Of a stretch of 63,217 bases of DNA, positions 59,052-63,217 are shown one piece after another (within the stretch, counting starts at the first letter, position 1; each line of letters starts with the position of its first letter). The notes beneath the pieces were generated by a model, which was not told where the DNA came from, made no database searches, and saw only the letters and a list, made by a program, of their open reading frames with translations. The stretch covers positions 1 through 63,217 of IMG/VR virus record IMGVR_UViG_3300021379_000848; one strand, 5' to 3'. Source of the stretch: a virus. Taxonomy: Duplodnaviria; Caudoviricetes. A program made the translations under genes and the position numbers.

Positions 59052-62000
59052 ATGCCAGAAATAAAAAATGTATTTACATCGGGTCGAATGAATAAAGACT
59101 TAGATGAGCGACTACTATCGAATAATGAGTACAGGGATGCATTGAATATTCAAGTAGCTAGTACTGATGGTAGTGATATTGGTGTTATTCAAACACTTAA
59201 AGGCAATGTATCTAAATATACAGGTACCGGAAAGTGTATAGCAACAGTTGTTGATAATGAGAATAATAAAATATATTGGTTTGTTAAAGACACTGTAAGT
59301 TCAGAGATATTAGAATACGATCCGTCAACAGAAACAACAACCCAAGTTGTAGATGATTCAACTAATGTGGTTTTGCAATTTACAGATGATATTATTACAG
59401 GAGTAGTTTTATTTGAGGGATTTATAGCATGGACAGACAATATTAATGAACCTAAAATAATCGACATAGAAGAGTCCAAATTAAATCCTAGCTCGATAAC
59501 ATTAGATGATATTACAATTATCAGAAAGAAGCCTCTAAACGCTCCTACACTTAATATAACAACAGTTGAAGATGGGACAATAAACATATCTTCACCAGGT
59601 GTAAACTTTTATACTTTTAGCATAGGTGATTTAGTATCTATAGATATTAGCGGTTTATCAGATGCGGTTGTAGGTGATATTATAGAATTTACGTATACAG
59701 ACACTTCAGATCAATATGTCGTTCAAACAAAAGTTAAAAATTTAACAGCTACAGATAATCTTGAAGTAGTATATAGAAATCATAATGCTGCTACTAATAG
59801 TTCGCAGTTTGTGTATGCAATACGTATATTTAAAAACCCTTTATTTGAAGAAAAGTTTGTTAGGTTTGGTTACCGTTGGAAATACGATAACGATCAATAT
59901 TCAGTTATGTCACCGTTTTCAGATACTGCTTTTTATCCTAATGTTTATAAGGAGTATTCTATCGAAGACGGGTATAATAATAAAATGACTAACTCTATAA
60001 CAGATTTAACACTGGAAAATATTGATGTACCTGAGGGAGTTAAAGAAGTTGAGATACTTTATAAAGAATCCAATAATACTAATATATATGTTTACTCTCG
60101 CGAAGTGGTATCAGCTCCTACAACATTAACCTTAGATATTGAAAAAGAAAATATATATGCTGTATTAGAAAGTTCTCAATTGCTAAGAGCTTACGATATG
60201 GTTCCTAAAAAAGCAAAAGCCTTAGAGGTTATTGGTAATAGATTAGTATTCGGTAATTATGAAACAGGGTTTAATTTAGAAGACTATGTACCTAATTTAA
60301 CTATAGATTTAGTATCACGATCTAATGTTAATGATTTAAGATCTATAAAGTCAGGTAGATCTTATGAATTCGGTGTTGTATTCGAAGATAACTATGGTAG
60401 ACAAACACCTGTTGTGACCGCACCTAACCTTGTTTATAAAGTCCCTTATGGTGATGCTGGCAACAATAAGCAGTTCCAAGTTACCTTAAACAACTTTCCT
60501 AATACAGATGCTGACTTAACAAAATACAAAATATACATAAAAGAAAGCTCTCAAGAGTATTATAATATTTTAATTGATAAAGCTTTTGAAGATAACAGTG
60601 ATAACTCCGCGTATTGGTTAAGCGTACCTAGTTACGAGATCAATAAGTTTGAAGAAGGTGATTTTTTATTATTAAAGAAAGGAGCAAATACTAATACTCC
60701 AGTTAACAATGCTAATGCTAAATACAAAGTGTTAGATGTGAAAACTTCAAAGCCTGACAATGTAGATTCGTCTGATAATTTTGATGGAAGATTCTTTATT
60801 AAAATTAACAAGGATGATCGTATATCTACAGAGTTTTTATCCTCTTTAGGTTTAGCTGGTCAATCAGATTTTGTTGAGCCAGATGCTGTTATTGATGTTG
60901 CTACAGTGCCTTCAGATCCTAAATCAACTTTAGGTTTTTTAGAGTACGAAGAAGAGCCGAGTTCAGGGATATTTATAAGATATGACTATTACTATAAAGA
61001 TGGTCAAATATATAGGGTTGAAAGCACAGGATCTTCTGACAACTTTAGTTTTGGGCCAGATATTACATCTGATGTTACAGTTGGTGATACGGTTTTAGCT
61101 GTAACTGACGGTTGGGATAACCCTACTGAGAGTCCTGATATTACAGATATAGTCTTTTATGCGCAATCTATAGCTTCCGATAGAGATGTACGATTTTTCG
61201 TTCACTTTACAGGAACAGTAGGTTTATCTGTTATACCAGCTATTTTTGAAACTACAGTGAAAGATGATCTTTTAGATATTTATTACGAAACCGGTAACAC
61301 ATATGCTTCAGGGACAGTTACATCGCCTCAAACGTTATCTTGGTATAATTGCTTTAATTTTGGTAATGGATTAGAATCCAACAGGATCAAAGATGATTTT
61401 AATGAGATACAATTAGAGAAAGGAGTTCGCGTATCTTCTACGGTATCTTATGACTTCAATATTATAAATGCTAAGAATAGCCTTATATGGTCAGGTTTAT
61501 TTAATTCCAGAGGAGCGGTTAATAATTTAAATCAATTTAACTCAGGGTTAAAAATAACTAAAGATTTAAATCCTGAATATGGATCTATTCAATTACTACA
61601 TACTAGGAATACAGACCTTATTGCTATTTGTGAGGATAAAGTTTTAAAGCTATTAGCTAATAAAGATGCTCTTTACAATGCTGACGGAAATATAAATCTA
61701 ACATCGACAAATAATGTTATAGGTCAAGCAGTTCCTTTTAATGGTGAATTTGGAACTCAAAATCCAGAATCTTTTTGTTCTTATGGGTATCAAACATATT
61801 TTGCAGACAAATCTAGAGGAGTCGTTTTAAGGCTATCTATGGACGGTTTAACTCCTATTTCAATGGCAAATACTGTTTCTTATTTTAGAGACAAATTAAA
61901 GGCTCATACGGGCTCTATAATTGGTTCTTATGATATTCATACATCTCAATATATATTATCTTTCGAAGATGACGAAAGTGTAGCTTATTCAGGAGTATCT

Positions 62001-62732
62001 AAAGGATGGACCAGTAGGTTGAGTTTTATCCCAGAGCAAGGATGTTATCTAAACGGTAAATATTACACATTTAAAGGAGGAAGTTTATGGTTACACCATG
62101 AAGGATCAATCGCGAATTTTTACGGAGTGCAATATATATCTTCTGTTAAATTAATACATAACGCAAACCCATCGTCAGTTAAAACATTCAAAACATTAAA
62201 CTATGAAGGTACCAGCGGTTGGTATTCACCTTCTATATCTACAAATCTAGACACTGGAAAAGTAGATGAGTTTGTAAACAAAGAAGATAAGTTCTACAAT
62301 TATATAAAAGGTGGTTCGGAAGTATTAGATACTAGTAACTTCAATACTCAAGGTATTGGTGTTATCTCTAGTATTTCAGGATCAGGTACCTTAGAAATTA
62401 CATTTGATAACGATTTAAATGTTTCATTACAAGCAAACCTTGATGAAGCAAATTCTCATATAGGTGGTGATACTATATATTTTATAGATAACAACGATGA
62501 TATACAAAGCTTAGGTAAATGTAAAGGTATTTCAGGCAAAACAATAACTGTTACGGTTCCATCAGGAGATCCTGAACCTTCTGTAGGTCAATATGTTTTA
62601 TTTTCAAAATCTAAGGTAGTAAACACAGGAGGATTAAAGGGTTATTATATGGAAGTTGACATGCAAACTGTGGATAATTCTAAATACAGAGAATTGTTTT
62701 CAGTTGGTACAGAAGCCTTTATAAGTAGCTAA
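59052..62732 (+). CDS. Tail nozzle/muzzle (stabilisation) protein
   Basis: GRMNKDLDERL...YRDALNI N-terminus; beta-propeller-like; NRLVFGNY. Confidence 0.75.
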   Translation: MPEIKNVFTSGRMNKDLDERLLSNNEYRDALNIQVASTDGSDIGVIQTLKGNVSKYTGTGKCIATVVDNENNKIYWFVKDTVSSEILEYDPSTETTTQVVDDSTNVVLQFTDDIITGVVLFEGFIAWTDNINEPKIIDIEESKLNPSSITLDDITIIRKKPLNAPTLNITTVEDGTINISSPGVNFYTFSIGDLVSIDISGLSDAVVGDIIEFTYTDTSDQYVVQTKVKNLTATDNLEVVYRNHNAATNSSQFVYAIRIFKNPLFEEKFVRFGYRWKYDNDQYSVMSPFSDTAFYPNVYKEYSIEDGYNNKMTNSITDLTLENIDVPEGVKEVEILYKESNNTNIYVYSREVVSAPTTLTLDIEKENIYAVLESSQLLRAYDMVPKKAKALEVIGNRLVFGNYETGFNLEDYVPNLTIDLVSRSNVNDLRSIKSGRSYEFGVVFEDNYGRQTPVVTAPNLVYKVPYGDAGNNKQFQVTLNNFPNTDADLTKYKIYIKESSQEYYNILIDKAFEDNSDNSAYWLSVPSYEINKFEEGDFLLLKKGANTNTPVNNANAKYKVLDVKTSKPDNVDSSDNFDGRFFIKINKDDRISTEFLSSLGLAGQSDFVEPDAVIDVATVPSDPKSTLGFLEYEEEPSSGIFIRYDYYYKDGQIYRVESTGSSDNFSFGPDITSDVTVGDTVLAVTDGWDNPTESPDITDIVFYAQSIASDRDVRFFVHFTGTVGLSVIPAIFETTVKDDLLDIYYETGNTYASGTVTSPQTLSWYNCFNFGNGLESNRIKDDFNEIQLEKGVRVSSTVSYDFNIINAKNSLIWSGLFNSRGAVNNLNQFNSGLKITKDLNPEYGSIQLLHTRNTDLIAICEDKVLKLLANKDALYNADGNINLTSTNNVIGQAVPFNGEFGTQNPESFCSYGYQTYFADKSRGVVLRLSMDGLTPISMANTVSYFRDKLKAHTGSIIGSYDIHTSQYILSFEDDESVAYSGVSKGWTSRLSFIPEQGCYLNGKYYTFKGGSLWLHHEGSIANFYGVQYISSVKLIHNANPSSVKTFKTLNYEGTSGWYSPSISTNLDTGKVDEFVNKEDKFYNYIKGGSEVLDTSNFNTQGIGVISSISGSGTLEITFDNDLNVSLQANLDEANSHIGGDTIYFIDNNDDIQSLGKCKGISGKTITVTVPSGDPEPSVGQYVLFSKSKVVNTGGLKGYYMEVDMQTVDNSKYRELFSVGTEAFISS

Positions 62733-62782
62733 TAACATGTAATAATAATAATAGATAACAACTAAAAAAAACTAGTAATAAT

Positions 62783-63217
62783 ATGGCAATAACTGCATTA
62801 GGAGCTAAAGCGTTATCAAGTGCTGTTGGAGGATTACTTGGATCATTAGGCGGAATTTTCGGAGGTGGTGCAAGAAGAAGAGAACAGCGAGCTGCTCAGA
62901 AAGAATTTGAACAAAATATGACCAGATATGAAACTCTGGATTTAAGTAATACATTTGAAGGTTTAGAAAATTTTGCTGAGGATTTAAGAGTAAGTACACA
63001 AGCAGCTGATTTCCAAGCACAACAGTCTCAACAAGGAATGGCAAATACATTAGATGCCTTAAGAAGTGTTGGTGGCGGAACTGGTATTGCAGCTTTAGCT
63101 CAGTCTTTAGCTCAACAACAAGGTAAGTCAATGCAGGGAATTGCGGCTAATATTGATGCTCAAGAACGCCAGAACGAAATGATGCAGAAACAGGAAGCAG
63201 CGAGAAATCAACAGTTA
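62783..63217 (+). CDS. 5' part of putative ejection/pilot protein (continues at 1-492; not in ORF track)
   Basis: MAITALGAKALSSAVGGLLGSLGGIFGGGARRREQ..., open to the window end and in frame with the overlap. Confidence 0.8.
   Translation, partial: MAITALGAKALSSAVGGLLGSLGGIFGGGARRREQRAAQKEFEQNMTRYETLDLSNTFEGLENFAEDLRVSTQAADFQAQQSQQGMANTLDALRSVGGGTGIAALAQSLAQQQGKSMQGIAANIDAQERQNEMMQKQEAARNQQL
63083..63217. repeat. Terminal direct overlap (copy 2)
   Basis: Matches 1-135. Confidence 0.95.

Noticed and set aside
1273-63131. Antisense and alternate-frame ORFs in the track (e.g. 1273-1494, 6678-7022, 12117-12368, 12618-12872, 19012-19230, 33459-33647, 34861-35346, 49601-49852, 62805-63131)
   Set aside because: Shadows of real genes or of skewed non-coding DNA, with no motifs or plausible starts
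1-63217. Stop-codon reassignment as in some crAss-like phages
   Set aside because: Genes are full length and densely packed in the standard code; TAG and TGA act as ordinary stops

Overview
The window is an essentially complete circularised genome (~63.08 kb unique) of an AT-rich tailed phage; bases 1-135 repeat at 63083-63217 with one mismatch. The terminase, portal, capsid, ring/muzzle and cargo module is crAss-like, implying a podovirus. A-rich start regions without Shine-Dalgarno, GxGTTxP fibre repeats and a Flavobacterium-type RNR point to a Bacteroidota host (inference). There are two arms. The minus-strand early/replication arm (33.5 to 10.6 kb) carries many small genes, a sigma factor, ERF, a RecE-like nuclease, SSB, primase-helicase, thyA, MazG, a resolvase and nrdB/nrdA. 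The plus-strand late arm (34.0 kb through the junction to 10.6 kb) carries GroEL/GroES, fibres, TerL, portal, scaffold, capsid, tail, ejection and lysis candidates, and small basic proteins. No DNA polymerase, RNA polymerase or integrase is recognisable. Most notable: (1) 15 copies of a fixed-spacing tripartite motif (CTTACA-N7-YACG-N10-GATAA) head the early genes, and a sigma70 region-2-like domain sits inside the 2210-aa putative ejection protein, suggesting a virion-injected sigma factor and a two-sigma cascade; (2) an early ncRNA cluster ends in an 88-nt tmRNA tRNA-like domain with no mRNA domain; (3) four dispersed ~45-bp GCGACA...TGTCGC elements. All family calls are from motif recognition by eye; no database search was run.
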